A stretch of DNA of 36,740 nt from an uncultured Eubacteriales bacterium (GCA_964597515.1 CAZQXZ010000001.1:1-36740); one strand, 5' to 3'. Shown: positions 1-8,804, counted from the stretch's first letter. Notes: generated from the sequence alone by a model not told the origin. Made by a program: numbers and translations.

Positions 1-38
1 TTTCGTATCTTATCAAATTATCGTCCGCTTGTCAACAC

Positions 39-90
39 TTTTTTTCGGTTTTTTTATGGTTTTTTAAGGTTTTTTAAATTCTGATTTTTT
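39..90. repeat. Phased T-tracts (curved-DNA signature) upstream of sleB
   Basis: Five T6-T7 runs at 39-45, 49-55, 60-65, 70-75 and 85-90. The first four start every 10-11 bp (GGTTTTTTTAT GGTTTTTTAA GGTTTTTTAAA). Confidence 0.5.
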
Positions 91-224
91 GCGCCGCCGT
101 TTATGGCGTATATTTTTATGAAATGCTGTTTATACACTATTTTCCACAGCGTTTAAGAATATAACGCCAATTGTCAGGATAGTATAAAAATGTATCCGGA
201 CAGATAAAATCAGGGGTGTTATAA

Positions 225-932
225 GTGACAAAAAAAACGATTGACAGAAAAAAACTTAAAAAAGCGTGGGATATATTCGTAATAATCCTGCTTAACATTC
301 TGATAATCACTTTGGTGGTTTCCGCCGCCACCAAAACCGCGCCCGCAGAGAGCGCGCAGGTGCTTTCAAAGCTCGGTTCAAGGGGCAACGAGGTAAGGCA
401 AATTCAAAACGCGCTAAAAAACCTTGGGATTTACAACGGCTCCGTAGACGGTATATACGGAATAAAGACCGTGAACGCCGTCAAGCAATTTCAGAGAAAC
501 TGCGGGATAGCGGCGGACGGGATAGCGGGACCGAAAACGCTGCTTTATTTAGGGCTCGGCGGCTCGTCCTCGACAGCGAGCCAAAACGATTTATATCTTT
601 TGGCAAAGGTAATCGCCGCGGAGGGCAGGGGCGAAAGCTACACGGGACAGGTGGCGATCGGCGCCGTAGTACTCAACAGGGTAAAGCATCCGTCCTTTCC
701 CGACAGCGTATCGGGAGTTGTTTATCAGTCGGGGGCGTTCACCTGTGTAAGAGACAGCAACTGGAATACCGAGCCCGGCGCGACATCGAGAAAAGCCGCT
801 CAGGACGCGCTCAACGGCTGGGACCCGTCCGGCGGCGCCATATACTATTATAATCCCGCGAAAACTTCAAGCCGCTGGATGCGCACAAGACCCGTCGTCG
901 TCACAATCGGCAGTCATATTTTCTGCAAATAA
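225..932 (+). CDS. sleB: Spore cortex-lytic enzyme SleB (membrane anchor, peptidoglycan-binding domain, Hydrolase_2/SleB catalytic domain)
   Basis: GTG start 8 nt after AGGGG (212-216). Hydrophobic N-terminal segment. PG_binding_1-like repeat (GNEVRQIQNALKNLGIY..VDGIYGIKTVNAVKQFQ..GIAADGIAG). The C-terminus, GWDPSGGAIYYYNP...IGSHIFCK, matches the Bacillus SleB C-terminus as I remember it. Confidence 0.85.
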   Translation: MTKKTIDRKKLKKAWDIFVIILLNILIITLVVSAATKTAPAESAQVLSKLGSRGNEVRQIQNALKNLGIYNGSVDGIYGIKTVNAVKQFQRNCGIAADGIAGPKTLLYLGLGGSSSTASQNDLYLLAKVIAAEGRGESYTGQVAIGAVVLNRVKHPSFPDSVSGVVYQSGAFTCVRDSNWNTEPGATSRKAAQDALNGWDPSGGAIYYYNPAKTSSRWMRTRPVVVTIGSHIFCK

Positions 933-954
933 CCGCCGCGCGCCGCAGGGGTCT

Positions 955-990
955 AAGAAAGCAAAGCCGTTTTGCGGGCTTTGCTTTCTT
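955..990. terminator. Bidirectional intrinsic terminator between convergent sleB and the radical-SAM gene
   Basis: Perfect 14-bp stem AAGAAAGCAAAGCC / GGCTTTGCTTTCTT (955-968 / 977-990) with an 8-nt loop and A/T-rich ends. Confidence 0.6.
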
Positions 991-1007
991 AATTATAGTG
1001 TTCTGTT

Positions 1008-2495
1008 TTATGATTTATTGGTTTTCGCGGGAGGGATAGCGGATATTATTTCCACAGATGTTTCCGTTTTCCCCTTATCCTTTATGTGCTTTTGCCCCTC
1101 GGGCGTATCCCTGTAATACTGGGTATGAGTCTTGGGATGCTGCGTGGAATTCCAAAGCTCTTCGGCGACAGGCTCCCAAGCGCGCGCGAACGCGTCGCAC
1201 TTTGAGCAGAGCGTCTCAACGTCCTCGTATGACAGAAAATCGGAGGATTTCGCCCCTGTCTGTTTTATTATTTCACGCAGCCTGTCAGGATTTTCAAGCA
1301 TCGGGCAGGGGCGCAGATGGTTGTCATTAAAAGGCTGGTTTTTTCTGTAAGCCATAAACAAAGGATTGTTCAAAGCCTCCAAAAGCGTATGCGTGCGGAT
1401 GTTGGAATCGGAATAATGAATAAAGACGCAAGGCTCGATATCGCCCGCGGAATTGATGTGAAAATAGTTCCTTCCGCCCGCTATACAGCCGCCGACATAT
1501 TCGCCGTCGTCCTGAAAATCCACAACGAACAACGGCTTGCCCGTTTTGGCGTTCCTGATTTTCCGCATCCAGCCGTACATAAATTTTCTCTGCTCGGGAG
1601 TCGGGATAAGCTCTTTGTCGGCGCCCTGCCCCAGCGGCATATAATTGAAGTACCACGCGTATTTCGCGCCGTTTTCCACAAGAAAGTCCAAAAAGGTTTC
1701 GTTTGTAACGCTCGGAATATTCTTTTGCGTGTAGCAGACCGATACGCCGAATAAAACCTTGTTTTCCCTTAACAGCTTCATGGCGGACACGGTTTTATCA
1801 TAAGAACCGCCGCCCCTTCTGAAATCCGTATACTCTCTTTCACCCTCAATGCTGAGGGCAAGCGTGATGTTACCCGCTTTATGAATATCCTCGCAAAACT
1901 TTTGGTCAATTAGCGTGGCGTTTGTGTATATAAGGAAAAAACAATCCGTATTCTCCATGCACAGCGTCAGGACATCGTCCTTTCTCATCAGAGGTTCGCC
2001 GCCGGTCATCATATAGTTATGGGTGCCCATTTGCTTGCCCTGCGCAACGATACTCCTCATCTCGTCAAGCGTGAGGTTCTGCTCATACCCGTACTGAGCC
2101 GACCAGCAGCCCTTGCACTTGCGGTTGCAGGCGCTCGTCGGGTCAAACAGTATGGTCCACGGAATGTTTATATTAAGCTTATCGCGTTTTTCCCTTACGG
2201 TTTTCGTGCCGTAGTATCCCGCGTGAAGTCCGAGCGCCAAAAGCATCGTCTTGATGTCGTTCCTGTCCACATCGGAAAGAACGCTCAAAGCAAGTTTGCG
2301 GTATACATTATCGGGGTCGCCAATTCCACTTTTCAGAGCGTCAAAGTATTTTTGGGGAAAGAGTCCCCCAAAAAACTTTTCAGCCCTTACAATCAGCTCG
2401 AGCAGATTTTTTTCAGGGTCCTTATCAACATAACTTAAAATTTTATCAAGTATAAATGAAGCCGACGCGTGCTGTGTTTTGTGTTTCATAGCCAT
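1008..2495 (-). CDS. Radical SAM enzyme with ~110-aa N-terminal extension and Cys-containing C-terminal domain; monocistronic
   Basis: CX3CX2C motif CNRKCKGC followed by GGEPL. Downstream Cys motifs GGCIAGG..EPCVF..RPCP. RBS AAGGAGAG lies 8 nt before the ATG. The gene has its own promoter and terminator. Confidence 0.85.
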   Translation of the reverse strand: MAMKHKTQHASASFILDKILSYVDKDPEKNLLELIVRAEKFFGGLFPQKYFDALKSGIGDPDNVYRKLALSVLSDVDRNDIKTMLLALGLHAGYYGTKTVREKRDKLNINIPWTILFDPTSACNRKCKGCWSAQYGYEQNLTLDEMRSIVAQGKQMGTHNYMMTGGEPLMRKDDVLTLCMENTDCFFLIYTNATLIDQKFCEDIHKAGNITLALSIEGEREYTDFRRGGGSYDKTVSAMKLLRENKVLFGVSVCYTQKNIPSVTNETFLDFLVENGAKYAWYFNYMPLGQGADKELIPTPEQRKFMYGWMRKIRNAKTGKPLFVVDFQDDGEYVGGCIAGGRNYFHINSAGDIEPCVFIHYSDSNIRTHTLLEALNNPLFMAYRKNQPFNDNHLRPCPMLENPDRLREIIKQTGAKSSDFLSYEDVETLCSKCDAFARAWEPVAEELWNSTQHPKTHTQYYRDTPEGQKHIKDKGKTETSVEIISAIPPAKTNKS

Positions 2496-2536
2496 TTACA
2501 CAACTCTCCTTTCCAAAAGGCGTATGCGCATTTGTG

Positions 2537-2565
2537 ATTTTAACATAATAATTCGCCTTTGTAAA
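2537..2565 (-). promoter_or_regulatory. Putative sigma-A promoter of the radical-SAM gene
   Basis: Minus strand reads TTTACA, 17 nt, TAAAAT, about 40 nt upstream of the ATG. Confidence 0.4.
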
Positions 2566-2751
2566 CATCCGAAACCGATTATTTTTAATTATTGCCAATT
2601 TATACTTAAATAGTCCCGCTCTTTTTTATACTGCAAGCAATATGCGCCCGCCAAAAAGATCGTTGCCCCGAAAACGCCGCTTTAATAAAAGACGCGCACG
2701 GGCGGCACTTTTATAAATATAAATTGTTCGGTAATTGAGTTCACGGTATTA

Positions 2752-2780
2752 TTGACAACATGTTTATATAGCTATATAAT
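2752..2780 (+). promoter_or_regulatory. Consensus sigma-A promoter of the MFS/DUF4091/HExxH/GNAT operon
   Basis: TTGACA (2752-2757), exactly 17 nt, TATAAT (2775-2780). Confidence 0.6.
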
Positions 2781-2808
2781 GGAAAAAGGAAAATAAGGGG
2801 ATGAGTTT

Positions 2809-4173
2809 TTGGAGAAAAGCAAGCTCGGCGGGCGCATCTGGTTCAACCTCATAATTTTCGGATTTATGGGGCAGATAGCGTGGAATGTGGAGAATATGTA
2901 CTTCAACACATTCCTGTACAATTCGGTCTATCACGGCGCTTCCCAGGCGGCGGTTGACGGCTCGGTTGACGTGATGACCGCCATAAGCGTTATGGTCGCG
3001 GCGAGCGCCGCCACTGCCGTTATCACTACTTTTCTTATCGGGACGCTGAGCGACAAGCTCGGCAGGCGAAAGATTTTCATTTCCCTCGGTTATGTGCTGT
3101 GGGGGCTCGTAACTGCCGCCTTCGGCTTTATCACGCGCGAGCACACTGCCGCGCTGTTCGGTATTGCGGACGAGGTTTCAATACTCTCTCTCACCGTCGC
3201 GACAGTAATTGTACTCGACTGCGTGATGACCTTTATGGGCTCCACAAGCAATGACGCGTGCTTCAACGCGTGGGTTACGGATGTTACGACGGTTAAAAAC
3301 AGGGCTACGGCGGAAAGCGTCCTCGCCATTCTCCCCATAGCCGCTATGGTCGCCGTAATGGCTTTAGCGGGCGTTATCGCGGATTTCGGATACCAGGTGT
3401 TTTTCTATCTGCTCGGCGGCGTCGTGTCCGTCTGCGGTATTATAGGCATTGTATCCTTAAAGGATTCCGGGGACAAAGTTAAAAAGGATACCTCGTATTT
3501 CGGGGAGCTTATTTACGGATTTAAGCCGTCGGTTATAAGGGAAAACAACCGGCTTTACCTTGCGCTTGCGTCCGTCTGCATCTTTTCGACGGCGGTACAG
3601 GTATTTTTCCCATACATATTTATATATATCTCAAACGGTCTCGGGCTTGACCTTGACAATCTCTTAGGCGGCCTCACGCCCGGGGCTATGGCGGGCGCCG
3701 CAATAGGATTTGCCGTTGTCGTCGCCGTTATTGTTTCAATGGGCAAAATTATTGATAAATTCGGCAAGGACAGGTTTATAATCGCTTCAATCGTTGTTTT
3801 TATAATAGGTCTTACGCTCGCGGGCTTCGCGAAGAAGCTTTCGGTGTTCTCCGTCGTGGCTATTCCGGCTCTTTTGGGCTACGGTCTTTTGATGATTATG
3901 CTCAACGCCGCTGTGCGCGACTTTACGCCGAAGGACAAAACAGGTCTTTTTCAGGGCGTCAGAATGATATTTTTCGTCCTTATACCGATGGTTGCGGGAC
4001 CTTTTATCGGGAACCTTGTATGCAGGGTATCCGAGGTAAAATATATAAACGAATACGGCGTTTCAACCTCCGCGCCCGGCTCCGTAATGTTTATCGCGGC
4101 GGCCGTTATCTCTCTGTTCATCTTTATCCCTATTCTGTCTTTAAAGAAAAAGGGCTTTGATCCTGAAAAATAA
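2809..4173 (+). CDS. MFS transporter (probably sugar/glycoside type)
   Basis: 454 aa with about 12 hydrophobic segments. TTG start 8 nt after AAGGGGA. The ATG at 2801 is out of frame and stops quickly. Confidence 0.8.
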   Translation: MEKSKLGGRIWFNLIIFGFMGQIAWNVENMYFNTFLYNSVYHGASQAAVDGSVDVMTAISVMVAASAATAVITTFLIGTLSDKLGRRKIFISLGYVLWGLVTAAFGFITREHTAALFGIADEVSILSLTVATVIVLDCVMTFMGSTSNDACFNAWVTDVTTVKNRATAESVLAILPIAAMVAVMALAGVIADFGYQVFFYLLGGVVSVCGIIGIVSLKDSGDKVKKDTSYFGELIYGFKPSVIRENNRLYLALASVCIFSTAVQVFFPYIFIYISNGLGLDLDNLLGGLTPGAMAGAAIGFAVVVAVIVSMGKIIDKFGKDRFIIASIVVFIIGLTLAGFAKKLSVFSVVAIPALLGYGLLMIMLNAAVRDFTPKDKTGLFQGVRMIFFVLIPMVAGPFIGNLVCRVSEVKYINEYGVSTSAPGSVMFIAAAVISLFIFIPILSLKKKGFDPEK

Positions 4174-4185
4174 AAGTAAGGTTGT

Positions 4186-5850
4186 GTGTTTATGAAAGCG
4201 GTTCTGCTGACCTCTCTTGCCAAGGTTTTTCCCGACTGCGCTCCGAATTACGGCGAGAACGCGTCCGTATCCGTGTTGAAAAACGAGGGCTTTTCGTTTC
4301 AGCTTGCTTTTATGCCCGAGGTTTCGTCGGAGGAAGCCGTTGCAATAAGCGTCCGCTCGCCGTTTGGAGACGGGCTTTCTGCGTATCTCGTAAAAAGCGT
4401 TCCCGCCGGAAGAACATCATATGACGACAGCGACAGTTATTTTTTAAACAAAAACCGCAAAGCGTATCCCGACCTGCTCTCCCCTCTTTATAACGGAAAA
4501 TGTGCGGCGCAGCGCGATATGTGGACGTCCCTTTGGTTCAAGGTGTCGCCCGAAAGCGTAAACAGCGAAGGTTTTAAGAAAATTGCCGTAACGCTCAAGG
4601 CGGGTAAAAGCGAAATCAAAAAGATTTTTACGGCGGAGGTTATCTGCTCTGCCCTGCCCGAGCAGACGCTGCTTCACACCAACTGGTTCCATAACGACTG
4701 CCTTTGCACAAGATACGGCGCAGAGCCGTTTTCTCCCGAATACTGGGATATTGCCGAAAACTATATAAGAAACGCCGTAAACCACGGAGTCAATATGCTG
4801 CTTACGCCGATTTTTACCCCGCCCTTAGACACGGAGATTGGCGGTGAAAGACCTACCGTACAGCTTATCGACGTTGTGAAGACAGATGCCGGCACATACA
4901 GCTTTACCTTTACGAATTTCAGGAAATATGTGAAGCTCTGCTTGGAATGCGGCGTAAAGGCTTTTGAGATTTCGCATTTGTTTACGCAGTGGGGCGCCGT
5001 CGCCGCTCCTAAAATTGTCGCTTCGGTAGGCGGAAAAGAGGAAAGGATTTTCGGCTGGGACACAAAGGCCGGAGGCAAGGCGTATTACGCTTTTCTCCTC
5101 GCGCTCGCCCCCGAGCTTAACAGGGAGATAGAACTTCTCGGCATCAAGGATAAATGCTGGTTCCACGTCTCCGACGAACCGAGCCTTCATCAGATTTCTT
5201 CATACAGAAAAGCGGCTAAAATTCTCAACGAGCTTTTCCCGGGGTACCATACCTTTGACGCGCTTTCAAATATTGAGTTTTATAAAAAAGGTCTTATAAA
5301 AACCCCCGTGCCCAATGTCAATGAAGCCGATGAGTTTTACGGCAAGGTCGAGAATTTCTGGACTTACTACTGCTGCGGTCAGCATAAAAACTTCGTCCCG
5401 AACCGATTTTTCGCCATGCCCTCCCTGCGCAACAGAATTCTCGGCTTTCAGCTTTACAGTTATAACGCGAAGGGTTTTCTCCAATGGGGTCATAACTTCT
5501 GGTATTCGCAGTACTCCAAATTCCCGATAGACCCGTTCGAGGTGACTGACGCGGGCGGAAGCTTCCCCTCCGGCGACTCGTTTGTAGTCTACCCGGGCGA
5601 TGGCGGCAAACCGCTAAACTCTCTGCGTTTTGAGGTTTTCGCCGAGTCTCTTCAGGATATGAGAGCCTTACAGCTCCTTGAAAGCCTGTCCTCGCGCAGA
5701 TACGCGCTTGAAGTCTTAAACAGGGATTTGGACGCGCCGCTATCAATGACTGAATATCCGCACAGCGTGAAATGGTTTGAGGCTAAGCGCGAGGAAATAA
5801 ACCTTGAAATAAAACAGCTCAGTTCGATTGGGAGAGATAATAATGGCTAA
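4186..5850 (+). CDS. DUF4091-type (GH123-like) putative glycoside hydrolase
   Basis: 554-aa soluble protein 12 nt downstream of the MFS gene. Length and motifs (HTNWFH.DC, FTPPLDTEIGGERPT, WFHVSDEP) recall DUF4091/GH123 proteins from memory. The start could instead be ATG 4192. Confidence 0.6.
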   Translation: MFMKAVLLTSLAKVFPDCAPNYGENASVSVLKNEGFSFQLAFMPEVSSEEAVAISVRSPFGDGLSAYLVKSVPAGRTSYDDSDSYFLNKNRKAYPDLLSPLYNGKCAAQRDMWTSLWFKVSPESVNSEGFKKIAVTLKAGKSEIKKIFTAEVICSALPEQTLLHTNWFHNDCLCTRYGAEPFSPEYWDIAENYIRNAVNHGVNMLLTPIFTPPLDTEIGGERPTVQLIDVVKTDAGTYSFTFTNFRKYVKLCLECGVKAFEISHLFTQWGAVAAPKIVASVGGKEERIFGWDTKAGGKAYYAFLLALAPELNREIELLGIKDKCWFHVSDEPSLHQISSYRKAAKILNELFPGYHTFDALSNIEFYKKGLIKTPVPNVNEADEFYGKVENFWTYYCCGQHKNFVPNRFFAMPSLRNRILGFQLYSYNAKGFLQWGHNFWYSQYSKFPIDPFEVTDAGGSFPSGDSFVVYPGDGGKPLNSLRFEVFAESLQDMRALQLLESLSSRRYALEVLNRDLDAPLSMTEYPHSVKWFEAKREEINLEIKQLSSIGRDNNG

Positions 5851-6343
5851 GAGCAAAAAAACAAAACGCACAAAAACAAAGAGACCCATTCCGCACGTCG
5901 CGTCCAAAGGGTTTGACAGGTTTATGTTCTACTTCTGGCAATTTACATGGGGTCTGCCCGTCAATATTGTCGGACTAATCGTTTTTCTTGTGACCTTTAA
6001 GGGTCACAGGCGAGAGAAGTTTTGCAACGCGATTATCACATACATACCCGGTAACTGGGGCGGGCTTTCTTTGGGCATATTTATTTTTATGTGCGAGGGC
6101 AGAGACAAAGCGTGGGAGCACGACACCAAAATTCACGAGTACGGTCATACGATACAGTGCCTTCTTTTAGGCGTTTTCTACTGGTTCGTGATAGGAATTC
6201 CGTCCGCCGTCTGGTGCAACTTTCCCCCTTGCGTAAACTACCGCAAAAAGAACGGCGTTTCATATTACGCGCTATACTGTGAAAAATGGGCAAACAAATG
6301 GGGCGAAAGCTGGAGCAGACAAAAGAGGGGAAAGATTGTATGA
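5843..6343 (+). CDS. Small polytopic membrane protein with HExxH motif (possible membrane zincin)
   Basis: ATG 5843 lies 6 nt after GGGAGAG (5830-5836) and overlaps the upstream stop. Basic N-terminus, 3-4 TM segments, HEYGH motif. Confidence 0.6.
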   Translation: MAKSKKTKRTKTKRPIPHVASKGFDRFMFYFWQFTWGLPVNIVGLIVFLVTFKGHRREKFCNAIITYIPGNWGGLSLGIFIFMCEGRDKAWEHDTKIHEYGHTIQCLLLGVFYWFVIGIPSAVWCNFPPCVNYRKKNGVSYYALYCEKWANKWGESWSRQKRGKIV

Positions 6344-7497
6344 TTATAAGAAAACTCGGCCAAAACGATATCAGTCAGCACAACGAGGTGTCCTCCTCCT
6401 CTTTTATCTGGAAGGTCAGGGAAACGGACGACAGCCTTCCGGAGGGAATTCTTCTCGGCGCGTTCAAGGACGACAATAAAACGCTTATGTCAACCCTTGA
6501 ATGTATAACGTTTTCGACTTATTTCGGCAGCGGCGTCTTAAAGTGCTTAGGCATCGGCGGCGTGGCGACAAAGCCTGAATACAGGCGCGGCGGGCTTGTG
6601 CGCGCCCTGTTTGACAAGGCTTATTGTATGAGTACGGAACACGGTTGGGATTTCAGCCTTTTGTCCCCGTTTTCAACCGCTTATTATAGGAAATTCGGAT
6701 ATGAAACCGTTATGTGGCATATAAGCGCGAAAGCCGCCTATTCCTCGCTTTCCCATATCGACAGGTGCTTTGATGTCGAGCTTGTTACAGAGAATAACGT
6801 TTCCGAGCTTATCAGGCTTTACAACGGCATTGCCAAATCCTCAGACCTGCTCGTTGTAAGGGAAGACGGCAAGGACTTTTTCCACGAACCCTTTTCAAAA
6901 TGCGAATATACCTATATGTATAAGAAAAACGGCGAAGGACGGGGATTTGTCAGCTTTAAGATTGACAGGTCACAAAGCCTTTTATCCGTAAACGAAATAT
7001 ATTTTTATGACAGCGAGGCGCTTTTAGGGCTTCTCGGATTTCTGCGCGTCTACGAAGGCAACCTTAAATATATTGAGTTTTCAAGGCTGCCCGCCACAAC
7101 TCCCTTGATCGGCGTTATCGGCGAGCCTCGGGCGTTTACGATATCGCTTTCACCCGGGAACTCCGGCAGAATACTTAATATGGAAAGTGTTTTAAGCGCA
7201 AATGTCTATCCGAAAGAATACGGCGGGTTTTCATTTTTATCCCTTGACAGCGTACCCGCCTGTTCGGGCGTGTTCTGCGTCGAATATGAAAACGGCAAAT
7301 GCCAAATCACGCGCGGCAGCGGCGGTGATTATGATTTTTCGGTATCTCCCGGCGCGGCGGCAAGGCTTTTCCTTTCGGGTGAGGGTTTGCCGGAAAATCT
7401 GCTTTCCTTTGTTGACGGTTTTGAAAAAAAGCGTGATATAACGGCTTTTGTCAGGGCTTTTCCGAGAAAAAGCGCGGATTTTAACAAGGGCTTTTAA
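6340..7497 (+). CDS. Eis-like GNAT N-acetyltransferase (GNAT plus C-terminal SCP2-like region)
   Basis: ATG 6340 overlaps the upstream TGA (ATGA). GNAT motif A is GVATKPEYRRGGLVRALF. The ~385-aa length is typical of Eis-family enzymes. Confidence 0.75.
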   Translation: MIIRKLGQNDISQHNEVSSSSFIWKVRETDDSLPEGILLGAFKDDNKTLMSTLECITFSTYFGSGVLKCLGIGGVATKPEYRRGGLVRALFDKAYCMSTEHGWDFSLLSPFSTAYYRKFGYETVMWHISAKAAYSSLSHIDRCFDVELVTENNVSELIRLYNGIAKSSDLLVVREDGKDFFHEPFSKCEYTYMYKKNGEGRGFVSFKIDRSQSLLSVNEIYFYDSEALLGLLGFLRVYEGNLKYIEFSRLPATTPLIGVIGEPRAFTISLSPGNSGRILNMESVLSANVYPKEYGGFSFLSLDSVPACSGVFCVEYENGKCQITRGSGGDYDFSVSPGAAARLFLSGEGLPENLLSFVDGFEKKRDITAFVRAFPRKSADFNKGF

Positions 7498-7505
7498 GGA
7501 TTGTT

Positions 7506-7527
7506 AACAGAATTCTTTCTGTTTTTT
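7506..7527 (+). terminator. Intrinsic terminator ending the MFS-GNAT operon
   Basis: AACAGAA-TTCT-TTCTGTT followed by a T run. Confidence 0.55.
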
Positions 7528-7813
7528 AAAAATTAGTTCATACCCAGTACACAAACATCTGTTATTATTTGGCTGTACTTAAAAAGATTAGGGAGCCGCA
7601 CCCGAATTTTGGAAAGTACACTCCGCAAGGCGGAGTTATCCCTCCTCAAGTAAATCTGTTTTGATTGTCCGGTTCTCCGGCAATCGGAAAATGGGCGACT
7701 GTCCCCTCGGTCGCTCATTTTTCTTTCAGGCAATGCGCAAATTGCGCGCCGCTTTTGTATATTTTTCCCTAAATCGGGGAATAACAGTACAAAAAGAGAT
7801 GAGGAGAAAATGT

Positions 7814-8551
7814 ATGAGTGACAAAAAGAAGCCTAATCAAATCGGCAAATATATGAACGTAAAAAGCTTTTATACCGTCCTAATTCTGCTCGCGCTGACG
7901 CTGGCGCTGATAACCAAGTTCGTATCGGAAAACAGCTTTGGAAAGCTGTCCGTTGAGGACGACTATTCATACGGCGATTTCAGCTTTTCCTTCCCCGTTT
8001 TAACGGAGCCGCCCGTTACCGCCGGAGTAAACGACCCCGTAACAAACATTCCCGACACGCGTCCTCCCGCAACTGACAGCGCGACTGCCGCCGAGACGGT
8101 CCCCGACACACTTTTTGAGGCCGCCGTCCCATATACGGGCAATTTCAGCCTGCCGCTTGGCGAAACGGTAAGCAAGGGATACAGCAATTCCCTGCCCGTA
8201 TACAGCAACACCATGCGCGACTGGCGCGCGCATAACGCAGTGGACTTCGCGGGGGTAAAGGGCGACAGGGTATCGGCTATTTCGGCGGGCAAGGTGACTG
8301 CCGTATATCAGGACGCGCTTTACGCAACAGTAGCCGTTATTGACCACGGCGGCGGTATAGCCGCTTACTACTGCGGACTCGCGCCGGAGGGCTGCGCACA
8401 AGCCGGAGATATCCTGCAGACGGGCGATACCGTCGGATACCTCGACACCGTTCCCTGTGAGAGCGAGGACGGAAACGAGCATCTTCATTTTGAGATAACC
8501 GTGAACGGAGAAAGGGCTGACCCCCTCGCCGTAATGGGAAGGGCGGACTGA
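7814..8551 (+). CDS. Membrane-anchored M23/LytM metallopeptidase (SpoIIQ-like architecture)
   Basis: ATG 7814 lies 7 nt after GAGGAG. One N-terminal TM segment and a Pro/Thr-rich linker. The LytM motifs are intact: HNAVD (HxxxD) and HLH (HxH). Confidence 0.8.
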   Translation: MSDKKKPNQIGKYMNVKSFYTVLILLALTLALITKFVSENSFGKLSVEDDYSYGDFSFSFPVLTEPPVTAGVNDPVTNIPDTRPPATDSATAAETVPDTLFEAAVPYTGNFSLPLGETVSKGYSNSLPVYSNTMRDWRAHNAVDFAGVKGDRVSAISAGKVTAVYQDALYATVAVIDHGGGIAAYYCGLAPEGCAQAGDILQTGDTVGYLDTVPCESEDGNEHLHFEITVNGERADPLAVMGRAD

Positions 8552-8588
8552 GCCTTATATTGCGAACGGCGCGAAATTTTAAAAACCC

Positions 8589-8617
8589 TTGCATTTTGTG
8601 CGATATCGTGATAGTAT
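8589..8617 (+). promoter_or_regulatory. Putative promoter of the lysine-riboswitch leader
   Basis: TTGCAT, 17 nt, TAGTAT, with an extended -10 TG (TGATAGTAT). Confidence 0.45.
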
Positions 8618-8632
8618 AGCAATAATATTTTT

Positions 8633-8793
8633 GGTAGAGGCGCGGCTTATCATTATTAGCTGCCGCAAACCCCAAAGGCGGGGGCGGTATTTGAAAGGGA
8701 TAGTCGCCGAGACTTTCCGGAAGCCTTTTTCCGGAATGTCGGGACGCCGCATAAAATGCCGCGTTCTGTCACAGAAATGTGGAGCGCTATCAC
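8633..8793 (+). promoter_or_regulatory. Lysine riboswitch (L-box)
   Basis: GGTAGAGGCGCGG ... TTGAAAGGGATAGTCGCCGAG ... GGGACGCCGC ... TCTGTCACAG ... GGAGCGCTATC. These match the conserved L-box blocks of the B. subtilis lysC leader (AGAGGUGC, GAAAGGGGAGCGUCGCCGAAG, CUGUCA) as I recall them. Confidence 0.8.
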
Positions 8794-8804
8794 ACGTTAA
8801 AACA

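Noticed and set aside
1058-2438. Several plus-strand ORFs (1058..1330, 1132..1350, 1317..1754, 2019..2438, 2251..2433) and a minus-strand out-of-frame ORF (1327..1656) inside the radical-SAM gene
   Set aside because: They are shadow ORFs of a clearly real 495-aa gene. Their composition is low-complexity and Arg/Ser-rich, and they have no RBS.
2801-2854. ATG at 2801 as the start of the MFS gene
   Set aside because: It is out of frame with the long ORF and reaches a stop after ~17 codons. TTG 2809 is in frame and correctly spaced from AAGGGGA.
7586-7650. Possible c-di-AMP (ydaO-type) riboswitch upstream of the M23 peptidase: UAGGGAGCC..CGCACCCGA..AGUACACUCCGCAAGG resembles the 3' half of the motif
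   Set aside because: The 5' half of the pseudo-symmetric motif (ACGGGGGA.CCA and GGGGUGAAUC blocks) is absent on either strand. A 9-nt match alone is not enough. I kept it only as an unassigned structured region.
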